Shown one piece after another: positions 49,601 through 62,982 of a DNA stretch of 64,000 nucleotides; positions within the stretch are counted from its first letter, which is position 1; the number at the start of each line of letters is the position of its first letter. The position numbers and the translations under genes were made by a program. This stretch comes from Ramazzottius varieornatus (lineage: Eukaryota > Animalia > Tardigrada): the NCBI GenBank assembly GCA_001949185.1, contig BDGG01000002.1, forward strand, positions 8,727,990-8,791,989. Direction: 5' to 3'. The notes beneath the pieces are model-generated. The model did no database searches, was not told the DNA's origin, and saw only the letters and a list, made by a program, of their open reading frames with translations.

Positions 49601-52600
49601 ATGGCTTCCACCACCTCCGAGTTTCGCCACTCAAACGTCACTGTCAACCAAACCACAGCATAACTATGCAGTTAAGGGTCAACCACAAGGCTCATCCTTA
49701 CCCTTGGAAGTCGTCCTTGCCGATACTACTCGTTGCTCAAAGCCGCCCAGAAGTTCAGCGGCGTCAGTGGCGCTGTTCATACTGAAGAGGCGAAGCTTCC
49801 TGCCCGTCAAGCAGGCCAGTGCTTCCACCAGTGACGACTTGCCAACGCCCGAATGACCAACCAGGATGGAGACAAACTTGTGCTCGACACACAAGGCCAA
49901 CTTCTCCATCACAGCCGACTGGCTGTGCAGCAGCTGCAGCTTGTCTGAGGGAAGAACCGAAAGGTCATGGCGCGCAAGTTGACAGCAGCCTACCAGCAAA
50001 CACTTGTCCGTCAATTCGGTCTTCAGAAACCTTCTTGGCAAGTCTGTGCTCGAAAACACAAGTCCAAAGTCAGCGGCCAGCTGTGCAACCTATAATAAAA
50101 CCAATCTCGTTGAACCGACACTTCCCAACGTCATGCCACCGAAGCAATGGAAACGTCAAATAGAAATCAGGGCTGCCTGAATGCAGAGTGTTACTTCATC
50201 GACACTGATTTCTACTCTGACAGACCATTCACCTAATTTTCTCTTTATTATTATTTAACTGTATGTTTACTCGATTTTGCTCCGCAGTCCATTTATGACG
50301 AAATGATTAGACTGACCTTTCGTCGGTCTTCTTCGGTGCGGAAGCGTCCAACATATACCAAGTCCAGTAAGGCATTCTGCCACTCTGTCTGCCCTTGAGG
50401 ATCCCCGTTGTGGCTGTGCTTTGTGGCCAGTTCACAACAGCGCATGACATCGCGCAAATTGAACTCCCAGGGTTGCCCACTGCTGCCAAGCTTACTCGAG
50501 CGAACCAGCTCCTCCACTTCCGCGTTGAAATGAAGAAGGCTGGCGACGTGGTCGGCAGGTAGTGTGGGGAAGGCGGTCAGGCAGATGGCCAAAAGATCAG
50601 CTTCCAGCAATGGCTCAATGTAGACCTGACAAAAGCACCACCCCAAAATAAGTCATCAAATGCCGACAAATAAGGATCACAGTTTTAGAATATAACACAA
50701 GAGTCAACAGAAGAGATGGGACAAAGCCCTTATTTGCTTACTTGGGTGAAGCGGTTCAAGAAGGAGGCTGGCAAGCCTTTACGACCGGAGCCTTGGTTCA
50801 ACGGATTCTGGCAGGCGAAGATGCGAGTCGAATCAGTGTTGACGGTGAAGGTTCGACCCAACTCTGGAATGAAGACTTGGCTACGATGATCCAAGCAGGC
50901 GTTCAGACCTTCCAGCACCGACTGGGAAGCCAGATTCAACTGCAAGAAACGAGGACAACCGTAAAACTCCCATTCACACTCATACCCTACCTGTTTCGTA
51001 ACATTAGCTCCTTGCTGAAATCTCAGTCGAATTTAAAGTACAACCGCAGTGAAACCTGATTCACCTCGTCCAGTAGGATCCAAGCGCCTTTCTTCATGGC
51101 CTGCAGGAACGGTCCATCTTGCCAAGCGAACTGGGCGGTTTCACCTTCCACCGGCATATCGGCGCCGAACAAATCCGAGATATCCTGTGGAATCACAAGA
51201 ACTCATGTTGGAGACTTTAGAGGAGTTAGTGCACCATGAACTGACCGTCTGCTCTGAGAGGTTGATACGGACAACTTGATAGCCAGTCTTGGCTGCCAGT
51301 GCTTGCACAGTGCTGGTCTTGCCCACACCCGGCGGCCCTTCCAGCAGGATCCCTCTAGTCACCACCAAGGATCGTAGAATCCGCATCACGTTCTGACGGA
51401 CACTCCGACTGTCAAAGCAGTAGCGACTGCTGTCACCAGCACAAGCAATTCCTAGGCAAATTTCAAGGCTTTATTCTGCATACATGACTATAAGCCCAGT
51501 CCATGCACACAATTGCCACTTTCAAGAACCTGCATACTCCAGTCCATGCACGATAACGTCTTCAAGGATCAATGTATGCAGGTCGCTGAAAGCCAGCTAA
51601 ACTCCGTAAATCGCTGAACCAAACTTCCTCAAACCAGAAAAAAAGCTCGGGGGATGTTTGAAACATAAGTTTTGGGGACAGTTCTATGGTGGTTAAGCTT
51701 ACGTTTAGTCATGAAGAATGGTTCCACACCAAAGCGTTCCTCCGAGTCGAGCAGCACTGGTTCCGTCTTGCCCATACCGCCGTCTTGGTCGTCTGTGTTG
51801 GTCTGACTGTGGACAAACTTGTCGATAGACTGTTCCCACGTCCAACCCAAGCTATTCTTGGTTGTGCCGACCTGTGGGTGACTACCAAAGACCATAGAGG
51901 TAGCGTGGTAGTAGGCTAGGAAGGGCTCTTTGACAGAGGTGGCCACCAGCGCTCTTTCAGTGCCGCCCTCTAGGAATTGGTTAATGAAGGCCATCCACAT
52001 CATCACATCGCGACTACTGACCATCATCCTGCAAATACTATATTCTTCAGCAACCCAGGCAATTTGCAGCATACTGTCTTCTTGCCGGTGGTGACAAGTA
52101 AGCCTACCTAGTATTTTGCTCTTTTAACCAGACGATAAAGTCGACCATGCAGTTGACCAGCTTCGTCTTGGCAGCTTCTTCCATAACGAACGAGCCCTTT
52201 CTCATGAGGTTATGGTGCAGGATCATTCGGACATCATGGGGGACGCTTAGGTTGGTACACCACACCTCGGTGAAACGGTTGCGCAAAGCCGCCGACAACT
52301 GCAAGACATAATAAGCGCCCGTTAGTTGATCCATTGAATGTTTTGGCATTTTGGAGATTAGAGCAGCAACAAAGGAACAGATATGGGGATAAGACATTAC
52401 AAAGCCACTTCATCGCAGATCAAGAACATTGATAGGTTTTTGTTCTTGGCTTGCCTCTTTCTTGCCAAAGTCTCCGCCAGGGTTCATGGTGGCCACAAAG
52501 CGAAAGGCCTTATCGGCCTGCAGTTCCTCATTGTCACCACCCTTCTCCGTCAGGACAATCGTCCTTGCGGGCTCCAGCACACTGTTGATCCTTTCTAGGA

Positions 52601-55600
52601 CAGAGTCGTCGGCCAGGGAAATCTCGTCCAGCAGCAAGACACCACCTGCAAGCAAGACAAGTGCCGATTTCTGGCACTTCCAATCCGACAGGCTAATGAG
52701 GCCGTTGCAGAAGCCAACAAAGAGCCGTACCTTCTTTCATGGCTTGCAGCAGCACACCGTCCTTCCACTCAAACAACTTTAAACTGCCTTCTTTCCTGGC
52801 TGGCCGTAAGCCGCCCAAGAAATCCGAAGTCTCCGTGTTCATGTGGCAGTTTAGTGAAAACAGCTGCGACTTTTGCAACTGAGCGTAGACCTGCAGAAGA
52901 ATTTCGGGCTACAATTAGGCGTCCGCCAAAGTACAGACTATCGTTCTTATTTTTCGGGGATTGAATTCTCTTACTTGGGAAATGGTTGTTTTGCCACAGC
53001 CCGTTTCGCCCACCAGCAGGACAGCCTCGCCATAAGCCAGGGCCGAACCAGCTAGGGCCACCAGTCGTTTCAGGTTTGACGTCCAGACTAGATGGGAAAA
53101 GTCGGCTGAACGGGCTGAAAAGTTTGTGAAGGACAGAAGAGTGCCGGCGGTTGAGGAGGCCAAGGGGGAAGTTGACGCGCCGAACAGAGCCTCCTCATCG
53201 ACGATCCTCTTAAAGTGCTTCTCCATTGTGGCTTTGACTACTGCTGCCTCTTCGGCCTTGCGAACTCGCCCAGCCAGCAAGAGAAAACCTGAAGCAGACC
53301 GTTAAATTCAAGTACCCTTCCATCATCAAGTAACAGAGCAAAACAAGAAGTGCACTAGAACTGAACTGTGACGTCTGTACCTATCTTGATATATGGGAGC
53401 TCGGCCCGGTCGTTTGCCCAAGTGGCGCACGTTGCCGCTCTTAATGGCTACCATTGAGCGCCACTTGGTAAGTACAATCTGATCGCCTTGCTTCGACAGC
53501 TGCACTTTCACTTCATCAATTTCAACTTTGATATCTCCACAAGTAAAGGCTTACCATGATCGGCTAGATGCTGTTCCCAGTCGAAGAAGGCGGCATCCTT
53601 GGGTGCGGCCGTCAGACGATATCGTTCAGCCCAGCGGAACAAGTCGCGCAGAGTAATGAAGCCTTGCTTGCCGGCAAATATTCCGCTCATTTTACGGATG
53701 GCCTGAAAAGGAGCATGTCACAATGGTGGATTAGGCCACGGCAGAGGAGAATGTACCTGTAGCTCCAACATGACGTCGATCATCTTTTTGGCGTAGGCCG
53801 GTGGGAGGGCGCCGCGCTGGTGCAAAATCTCCTGCAGTTCCTTGGCTGGAATCTCGCCAAAGTGGATCTCGATGAAGCGATTACGGAAGGCTCGTGACAG
53901 CGTCTGGCGGCCACCGTAGTAGCCAGGCGGGTTCTGCGTGCCAAAGAGCATAAAGTGCGGATGGGCCTTGACACTCTGCTGGCACTCGGCCACAAAGAGC
54001 TCGCGGTTGGCGTCCAGCAGGCGGTTCAGCGCTTCCAAAACGTCGGAAGACGCCAGGTTCAGCTCGTCCAGGATGATCCAAAAGCCCTTCCTCATGGCTT
54101 GTAGAAGAACACCTGCAGCCAAATCATTTCTTGAAATCCAACTCCGACAAATATCCTTGACTTCACTTGAAACAAGGTGACTTGTGTGATTTTCGCCATT
54201 ACTGCTTTGTCACATACCTTCTCGGAAGAGGAGTTTACCCTCTTGGTCCGACTGCCATGAGCCAATGTAATCTTGAATGTCGGTGTGTTGGTGATTGTTG
54301 ATTCGGACGCACTTGTTGCCCGTCTTTTTGGCCAACCAAGTGATCATGCTAGTCTTGCCCACCGACGTTTCACCCTGCAACAAGACGGGCAACTGTCCCG
54401 CCGAGATGGCCCGCGAAATCTCGGCTAGGTTGCTCTGGACAGTTTCCGTCAGGATGTAACTACAAGGAAACTTTTCAGTTCATTTCTTCAGTCTGAGCTT
54501 CAGCCTAGGTAACATTCACCTTGCATCGTCCACCACGGGTAAGGTTCCCCGCGGAAGCCAGTAACCCTGTACTTGGACAAACTGACCGCTGGACGGCTTG
54601 GGTAGCGGCAACGAGAGGAGGTTGTGGGTGGTCGGGTCGAAGAGGGTCTTGACTAGCAGATCCTTTACTACCAGCTGCGACAGCCGGTTGAGCTGCGTCA
54701 GGTAGGACAGACAGAAGCCTTCGTACAGGTGACGAAGAAGCAGCCCAGGCGAGGACGCCACTTTGGCTGCAAACTGCAGGGCTCGTGTAAATGTCCGCAG
54801 ACTACAGAATAGTCACAGAAACCATTCATTGTCCGTCCATTCTCTGTGTGACAATGCAAGAAAAAGCTATGGGCCACATTAGAATTTTCACCTATAGTGG
54901 ACTTTTCGGTTGCTGTCGTCGACCAGTTCCTTCTCGGCCTTTTCTCGAAGCCTAAAGTACAGCTCGACCGTCTTGTGGACGATGGCCTCGTCGACCACTT
55001 CGCTGAGGTACGCCACGACCATCTTGGCCACTTCAGCGCGTTCGGTCAGGTCGTCGCAAAAAATCTCGGTGGCGCGACTGCGAACTTCGATGGGGAGATC
55101 TCTCTTACCCACGTCCGTCGCCGGGTTCATACAGGCCATTACGCGAAAGTCTTTGTGACGCCGGACAATTTCCCCTTCTCTGCAACATGATATAGCAGTT
55201 TCGGAAAGGAAACGGTAAATACTAATTACGACGATATAGTCTGTTTAGTTTCGTCGTCGTCCAATTTCAACGGTCATTCCTCAGGCCAGAAAAAGTAGCG
55301 GGTTCAAATTGAAAGTGAGAACGTACCCTTTCTCGCTCAGAATGAAGGAGTCTACACTGGAATCCAGGAACGAATGAAGTCCAGCCAGAACTTCGGGAGA
55401 AGCCAGGTTGATTTCATCGAGGAGAACCCAGTCGCCTTCACGATAGCTCGTCACCAGTTTCCCCTGCAAGAAAGAATATCACATTAGGATCACGACAACT
55501 GGGTTAGAAAATATGTAAGATCGAAGACACCTCAAGGAAGGAGAAGAGGAGGGATTTCTGGCTGAGAGTAAACTGCTGTTCCAACTGCGTCAATCTTTGG

Positions 55601-57661
55601 TCGAACTCGGTCCATGCCTGCTCCTTTCCATCGACTCCTCCATCCTTGCTCTTCTTCCTTCTCAGGGCGGAGTTGGTGATATGTCGCATACCTTTGACCA
55701 ACACCGCGTAGTTCTTCTGTACGAAGGCACTGTGGAAGTTGGACAAGAACCTCTCGTTCTCCATCACCGAGAAGGAGCCCGCAAAGAGCTGCAGGAAAGC
55801 GTCCTTGACTGGAGCGACCAACAGAGAAAACTCCACCGGCTTGTACCCACCCACAAGATCGCCCATCTCACTCTGGTGACTCAAGTTGATGACGTGCAGC
55901 CGTCTGTTGCACATCTGAGCCAAGAACTGGAATACGGTCGTCTTCCCCGTCCCAGTTTCCCCCACCAACAGCGGGAACTCTTTATTGGCCACGCAAACGG
56001 CCAACTGATCAATCAACCGCAAGGCGGAACCGTGTAACGAAAAGCTGGTGTATCTGTCGTCAGTTGATTGGAGACTTGATTCGCTACTGTCTGTTGTGTT
56101 TGATTGGTCGGCGTTGATTGGAAGGTCGGTGTGACCAACGGTCAGTTTCTGTTCCTCTTCTCTTCTGGCTAAGGTGACACTTCGCTTTGACACGTAAAAC
56201 TCAACGTCGGTGTTTGAAAGGCCCAAAATAGCACCGAGTCTTTTGGCCAACTCAAGGCGGTTAGTGGAGTCAGATATGAAAGCACAGCAGCAGCAGAAGA
56301 CATCCAGGAAGACGTCGCCGATTCTCTCCATCGAGTTTGCTGCAGCATACTTGCTTAATCGTCGACACAGCCGGAAAAAGTCCCGAAGTAACGAAGCTCT
56401 GGCGTGAATGGCTCTTTTCAGAGCAAAGTCAAGCTCTACTGTGTCGCATCCAGACAAAAGCTGGAAGATTTCTAGCAGACGTGGCAGGATAAGAGATAGA
56501 TTGGGGAAGACTTGATTCGTAATCTGAAAAATAAAACTGTTACTCATTCTGGTATCTTACTAACCGTTCGGCCAGCGTTACTTACTGTGGAGAGTTCGTT
56601 CCACGGCATTTGAGGCATGTGTAGATGCTTAAAGTGGGAAAGGAGGATTGTGTCCGAGTGAAGGGTAGGAAGTGCAGACGTTGCCATTCTGCAAAAGAGA
56701 CGTTTACTATGGATTTCCGCTGATGCCATTTTTCAATGACGTCACGCGCCAACAGTGAAACAAAGTGGCAGCGTCACGTCACCCGTTCAAACATAACGTG
56801 AATAACGCTACAATACCACGTGAGTCCGCCCAGCCCAGAAATATAGGCTGATTGCTGATTAACTCGGTTCCGTTTGCGAAACTCATCATGTGAGGTATGA
56901 ACCGGAGTCTCCGGAAGTCAACCAGATTCTGATGCCTAGACGAACCTGGACGTAGCGAAGAGACGAAACTCGTTTCCGACAGGGATTGTTCTTCCAACTT
57001 CGGGTATGTGTAGCACTCTGCGTTGCATCACAGGCAGGAGAACAGACATTAGATCGACAGAAGCCTGGTCGATATCTTCCAGAACTAACCACGACGAATG
57101 CATCACGGCCTACGAGAAGAATAATTCATCTAAGCGCTGTAGAACGACCAGGTAGGGCTTTCCAGAAGCACAAACCATGGTAAGGAGTCCGGGCACCCAT
57201 TGGAATTCTGTTCCGACCTGCGTGCAATGGTACGATCCCAGAAGAGCCTGAAACAGTATACTGTATAACTGCGGTTTTGCAACGCACTGTTATAAATTCC
57301 GCTCAAACCCTGCAGAACGACAAAACTCACCTTCGAGTCCAGATCCCGTGATAGCTGGATAGTGAGTAGCTGTAGGGGTGCCTTCCGGCCAGAAAGTGCG
57401 GCAACATGACGCAGAAGGGAAGATTTGCCGGAGCCGACTGCACCAGACAGCAACACAGGCTTGTTGTGCTTGATATAAAGCCTCAAAGAATCCAGAACCT
57501 CCTTCTGCAGACTCTCCGAGATTATGAAATCCATCTTCCTTCCCCGACACACTCAGATCATACTGCAAATATCCACACTTGTTCGACGTAACAGGATCCG
57601 GAAGAATCTGAACTCCGGAGAAAGATAACACACTTCTCACACTGGCTGTTGCGCAAGACAT
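37696..57661 (-). CDS. MDN1: Midasin (Rea1) AAA-ATPase for 60S ribosome biogenesis; many exons, 5' end uncertain (57661 or 57534)
   Basis: Six Walker A motifs in order (GAVGSGKS, GETGTGKT, GETSVGKT, GETGCGKT, GPPGVGKT, GHSGVGKS), Walker B motifs DEINLA/DELNLA/DEISLA, a long helical linker, an Asp/Glu-rich tail, a MIDAS domain (GDYRTGKRLNMRK, VDDSSSM, IVSDGRG) and C-terminal FPFPFYLVL...LPSTLCDAMRQWFEL. Confidence 0.97.
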
Positions 57662-57998
57662 ACACTGTCATACAGCTCAGATAGGACCTGACACGACATA
57701 ACATGACATCACCGTCACAGTTTTGGCAAACCGTACCACGAATAAACTAATATGCATCACCCCAGCCGCCATTTCCGCACTGCATGCGGTTGGTGCAACG
57801 TCTGGTATAACAGGTTTTGCAAGTAGGAAAGACTGAAAACAATGCCATATCCCATATCTGTATACATGGTAACTTGCAGATGAACCCACAAGTGGCCAAG
57901 GGGGTTCTGCTATCTGTGAAAAACAGTTCGCCGGCAAGAGTACTTCATGAAGAAAAATGGTCAACCCAAAGCCAAGCCTTGAGGGCAACAGATAATTA

Positions 57999-59640
57999 TT
58001 AACGGAAGATTAGATGGTCGAGCTTTTTCTTTTGCTTCTGATATTCCTTATAGCGTATGCTTCCGTACCTAACAGGAAACGAGGAATTTATAGCCGATGG
58101 GTAGGAGCAAATGAAATGACAAAACTGTACAATGTCTGAATACTCCCTACGTACGTAAGATAGTCGAAGTCGATGTTCGAGCTGCCAGCCAGATACAGCG
58201 ACCACGGCGTCCAGAAAAGGTGGGAAATCGCAGTGAGTACTGTTACCAAACTGTAAAGGGCCTCGATCTCCTCGTCGGACACTTCAGGGAACCCATTTGA
58301 ACAAAGAGAATGGGTGTGCTGCCTTTTCCACTGTTGCAGATATTCTTTGATCCAGGCTTTTTGGTACGAGGCGTCAGGACAGCGGCTGTAATCGCACTCC
58401 TCCACACCTACGGCACAGACTCTTCCGTTAGCAGAACTCGGAAGATCACAAATCGTACTGGCGCCGAAAACCTACGTACCGGCGTATTCGTTGAAATGAT
58501 TGGCAATGTCAAAAGCTTGATAGTTGATGCCTGCGTACTCGAAATCGATAAAACGAACATCATCTGAAAAGAAGAATTCAGACGTCAGCATTGACAGGGT
58601 GGGGAACCCACTAAAAGGTAGCGATACCAGTGGCATGGTTATACAGGATATTGCCGGGTGTGAGGTCGTTATGGCATAAGCCAACAACGGGAGGATTCGA
58701 CAGTGATATATCCGCCAGCAACGCTTCCATTTTGTCCACCTCCTGATGTATTTTCTTGAGACCATCAGGGAAACACTTGTCGAACCTGTTGAAGGGAAAA
58801 CAAGCCATCCGTGAATTGTCATTAGCCGCCGCCGTCACAATACGGAGGTATAGTGTACCGCTCCTGTTGATCCACTTCCGGGTAGGGAAAAGATACTTGT
58901 CGGAGCATGCGGCGCATCCTGGCGAACAGGTCCACCTGGGGCGCATTTTGGTCACTCATACTGAACCTTGCAATACTGTGAAGCCGCACCATTTTTTCAA
59001 TCAGACGTCTGTTAAAGGAAAAGCAAGTGATAAAAGTTTGCAAGGGACAAGTGCTCGCTTGGTGTACACAATTACGTATAAGTTGTGGTCGAGACTTTCT
59101 TACTGCCGAATGTGTGGCTGTGTAACCGTCTGCGGTGTTAATGGTTCTCCTTCGACATACTCGTAGCACATGCCGTTACGAAACAGCCCGTAGATTCGAC
59201 AACAACAATGGTACTCATGCAACTCCGACATGATCCGCACTTCAAGTTCACGATCGATAATTTTCTCCGTACCTTCACCGTAGACCCGGATAAGACTCTT
59301 ATCAGCTGGGTTACTTGCGAAGAAAATGCAGAAAAGAGTATTGGTCACACCTCCGCCAACGTGCTGAAATCGAAGCATACCGCAGTATGAAATACTCTTC
59401 CCCATTTGGATGACAGTGTAAGCACCAGGCACTCCACCTCACCTCAATAACTAGATCATCCAGCGACAGCCGGTTGGATAAATCTGGTCGGCAGTCATGC
59501 AACACTCGCAAAACGCCACACTGGACATTGCATAGGTCGAAGGCAAACGATGACCGAGTTCGAGGTTGATTAACACACCATTCGGCGCCCATGTTTTTCT
59601 CATTTGACGATCGCAAGCAGATGTCGGCCATTCCCTCCAT
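57999..59640 (-). CDS. ETNK: Ethanolamine/choline kinase, multi-exon
   Basis: GGVTNTLF, LIRVYGEGTEKIIDRELE, FRNGMCYEY, Brenner motif CHNDLTPGNIL, choline-kinase motif FIDFEYAGINYQAFDIANHFNEYAG, and SHLFWTPWSL...SNIDFDY. Confidence 0.93.
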
Positions 59641-60052
59641 CTACCGTAAGAATCTCCGCCCGAAAGCCAAAATAATTCTTTCAAGAATTTGGGTTCAAGG
59701 AAAAACTTCGGATAGAAAATGAAAGCGAGCAAAGCATGCTCATGTGAGCACTAATGGAGAGCACCAATACTTCAACGACCGTAGTAGACGAAAATCGCTT
59801 AATGCTCGCACTTCGTGTACTGCGTACCGGATGAAGGAAATTTCACCTGCAGGGCTTTGCATTGTTTTAAACGTAATCACATATCCGGTTGTCTCTACGG
59901 ACTACCACATCGAATAACCTATTGCAATACGCGGTACACCAGTATGCACGTACGGTATTATTGGTTTCTCAGAACAGAAAGTGTAGCCGATGGGGGACTT
60001 TATCAATGGTTTGAGCAGGAGTTTTAAGGGAAAGCATTAGTGGCAAGGACAC

Positions 60053-62168
60053 TTAGCTTAACGGAGAAAGCGACGAGGTTGAGTTAGAAGTGACGTCTTG
60101 AATCCATTTCATAGATTTTCGAACGTCCGAGTACACTGAAGGTACGGGTAATTGGCCAGAGAGCAGAGTATCGTCGTTGGTGCCGCAAGGGAGACCCCAC
60201 GACGACACGCCGACCAGTGTGTAGGCGTTGGCAGTGCCACCTGGCGAGGTGCAGGCCAACGGGGAACCGCTATCCAGATCGCACGTGTCGACCAGCTTCG
60301 CGCGGTCCGCGCCAATAGCGCATAGCATCGAATCGTCCAGCTTAAAGTCCTTGTCAACTTCTGGCGCTGTCCTGAACCGCTGGGAACATTCCGAAGAACT
60401 ATTCATCAAAGATACGTTTCCAACATTTAATATTCCACTAATGCCGATAACTGAGGAATCAGCTGCAAAATATGAAATTAATCCTCAACGATATTCGAAA
60501 GCGTTCGTTCGTGGACGTTTCAATTCCCTTACGTGCAGTTGTACCATATCCGCTGATAATACAGTCTTCGCCTTGAATGGCATCCTTGGAAATATCCGGT
60601 AAGCAGGCTCGGCATGAACAGTTTGCGTTGGTGATGGGCGCTGCCAGTTTGATGATGGCGAGATCGAAGGCAAAGGTCAACGGATCGTACTGGTCATGAA
60701 AAACGACTTGCGAGACCTCGAAGCTCTCAGAACAGCGCTTGCGGATTTTCACGTTCTGATGACCCAGTCGAACGCGAAGTCGCTTGACGTTGTCCACGTC
60801 TTGCACACTGTATAATTAAAGCAGCATTAATGAAGTCGGTAGAACGAGATGAGTGGCAGTTTCCTTTGGTGAAGACTGACAGATACAAAAAAACTTGAGT
60901 CTTTAAGTCATTTGTCATCTATGGAAACTGACCAATGCGCTGCGGTAATCACATTCCATGAGCTGATGATCGCACCTCCACATGCGTACGCAGCGTCTAC
61001 CATTATCGCCGCCTGCAAGCGAAAGTCGTTGGAAATGACGTTCCAGTGATTTTGTACGGAAATCACTTTTGTTCACCTACTTGCCAGCAGATTTCGCCTT
61101 CGTCGGCTAAAAGGCCATTGATGACTCTTCCTTCAGCTTCTTGGTCCACTTCCTCCTGACTTTGGTCCAAGACATTTTCCTCGAAAGACCGACTGGTGGC
61201 CTTGGCTGGTCTGCGTATTCCACAAGGCGCTTTGTCGTAGCTTTCAGCCGCTTGGCGATTGGGGTTGGGCGCGAAACAGCACACCTCGTTTTCGTTACAC
61301 TCGTTGGCGATGGCTGTACTCAGGTTGCTGCAAGCCCTACCGGAGATGATATCTGACAGCGCAAAGCAAAATCCTTTAGCTCGTTCTCGGCGTGAGGTAC
61401 ACGATCTCCCCTTGGAAGCGTCGGCCGTGACGTTGAGATTCGCAATGACTTTCACAGATACGGGCTTGGATACATTCTGGGCCGGCGGTATGATAACGTT
61501 ACCAGACTTGAGGCCAGGGTAAAAATCTGAACTTAATGTCACTTCGCTGTCCGCTGGGTAACTAACATTGCCCAGCTGAAAAACGCGAATGCGACGAACC
61601 CGTGGTTTGGCTGTCGATCTTGGCGCAATAGATTGGGTGCCGTTTCCAGTGGCGGTGACTTCTGCTTTTGCTGTTGGCTGGTCGTCGGATCCTGTACACA
61701 GAAAGATTTGGTTTAGTGGTAATGAAAGCCCTGCACTTTAACAGGAAGGAACATGCCTTCCGGGCCTTTGATCCGTGTCGAAAAACGAGTGAATTTGATG
61801 GAAGCCAGCGAACTCTGGTTTGCCGACGTTGATTGGACGGTATTGTTCTTTTTGGCGTTTAGTTGGGGGATGGTACTCATCGGAGTCGCTGTCGGGTTCT
61901 TCCCATCTAGAGAGGTAGTCGCAGAGTCCGAAGTAAGTGCAGTAGAAGCGGCAGTGCTGGTGGTGGTGGATGTTTCGAACGAATTGACATTTGCCTTGCG
62001 AAAGACCACTCTATCGGTGAAAGGCTGGCTCCTTGCCCTCAGTCCTTGGGGGAGCTGTATCTCGTGCGGGAATCTGGATCCTGTCAGTATCGGCAGTCGA
62101 CATTGTATCACGGTCGCCAATAGTATTGGCAAGAATATATGAAAAGACAAAAGTCCTGCTTGTTTCAT
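60053..62168 (-). CDS. Secreted masquerade-like clip-domain trypsin-family serine protease
   Basis: Signal peptide MKQAGLLSFHIFLPILLATVIQC, Thr-rich region, 6-Cys clip-like knot, CGIR, activation site R|VING, GEICWQ, CGGAII, TAAHC, DLAII, DTCDLDSGSPL, GVSSWGLPCG and PSVYSDV. Confidence 0.9.
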
Positions 62169-62982
62169 GACAAGCAAATTACGAATCCGACAAAATTCTT
62201 CATCAACGTCGTTTTCTCGAATCAATCAATGAGTCTCCTCTATAAACAATGAATTACTGGATGATTGCAGCCAACAGAACAAAACATATTCGACACGTAG
62301 ACAAAATGTAACAAGAAAAAAAAGCCAAGATCAGCGACACCGGGTGTGAAGCAGCAATGCAAGCTCTTGAAATTCGTACGGACAATGAGATGAATAAAAC
62401 AGCCGCACCTAATGTTGTAAAAAGTTCTGGTCCGTACACGGAAGAGTATTTTCATTTTACAGATTATAATCAGGTTGAGAGACGACAAATATACCTGGCG
62501 TTGTCATCGAACTTATGAACGAACAGGCAACCATTACACCTGTCAACTATCCTAGCACTTACGATCTCATAACTTTCGAGCTGCAAATTCATCATGCATT
62601 GTTTTAATAATATCAATATCAAAAGACAATATTGTTGTGATTGGCAGTGTCTTGATGGAAAGCCTCACTGCGCTTTTTAATTGTAATCCATATTTGTTCG
62701 AGTCCTGCGCAAGGTCGTACATGTACGACGTGTAATTATGGGGGAATAAAAATTACGGTACAGGCGGAAAGGACGGCAATTTTAAATCCTGAATGCGATC
62801 CAGAAATGAAAATCGATTGAATGACGTAACGCAGTGAAAACTAACCGTACAAAATTGTCATGAACAATGCCCATCAGCCGATCAGCTGTTTCACTTTTGC
62901 GCTTCGAGGCTGCGGATTGTTCATTTATTTTCATCTAGAGACGCTCTCGAATCCATATCGTTTCTGTGACCGTTTTTGCATA

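Noticed and set aside
50160-50240. Possible box C/D snoRNA in an MDN1 intron
   Set aside because: There is a terminal CTGA but no good box C and no rRNA complementarity that I could recognise.
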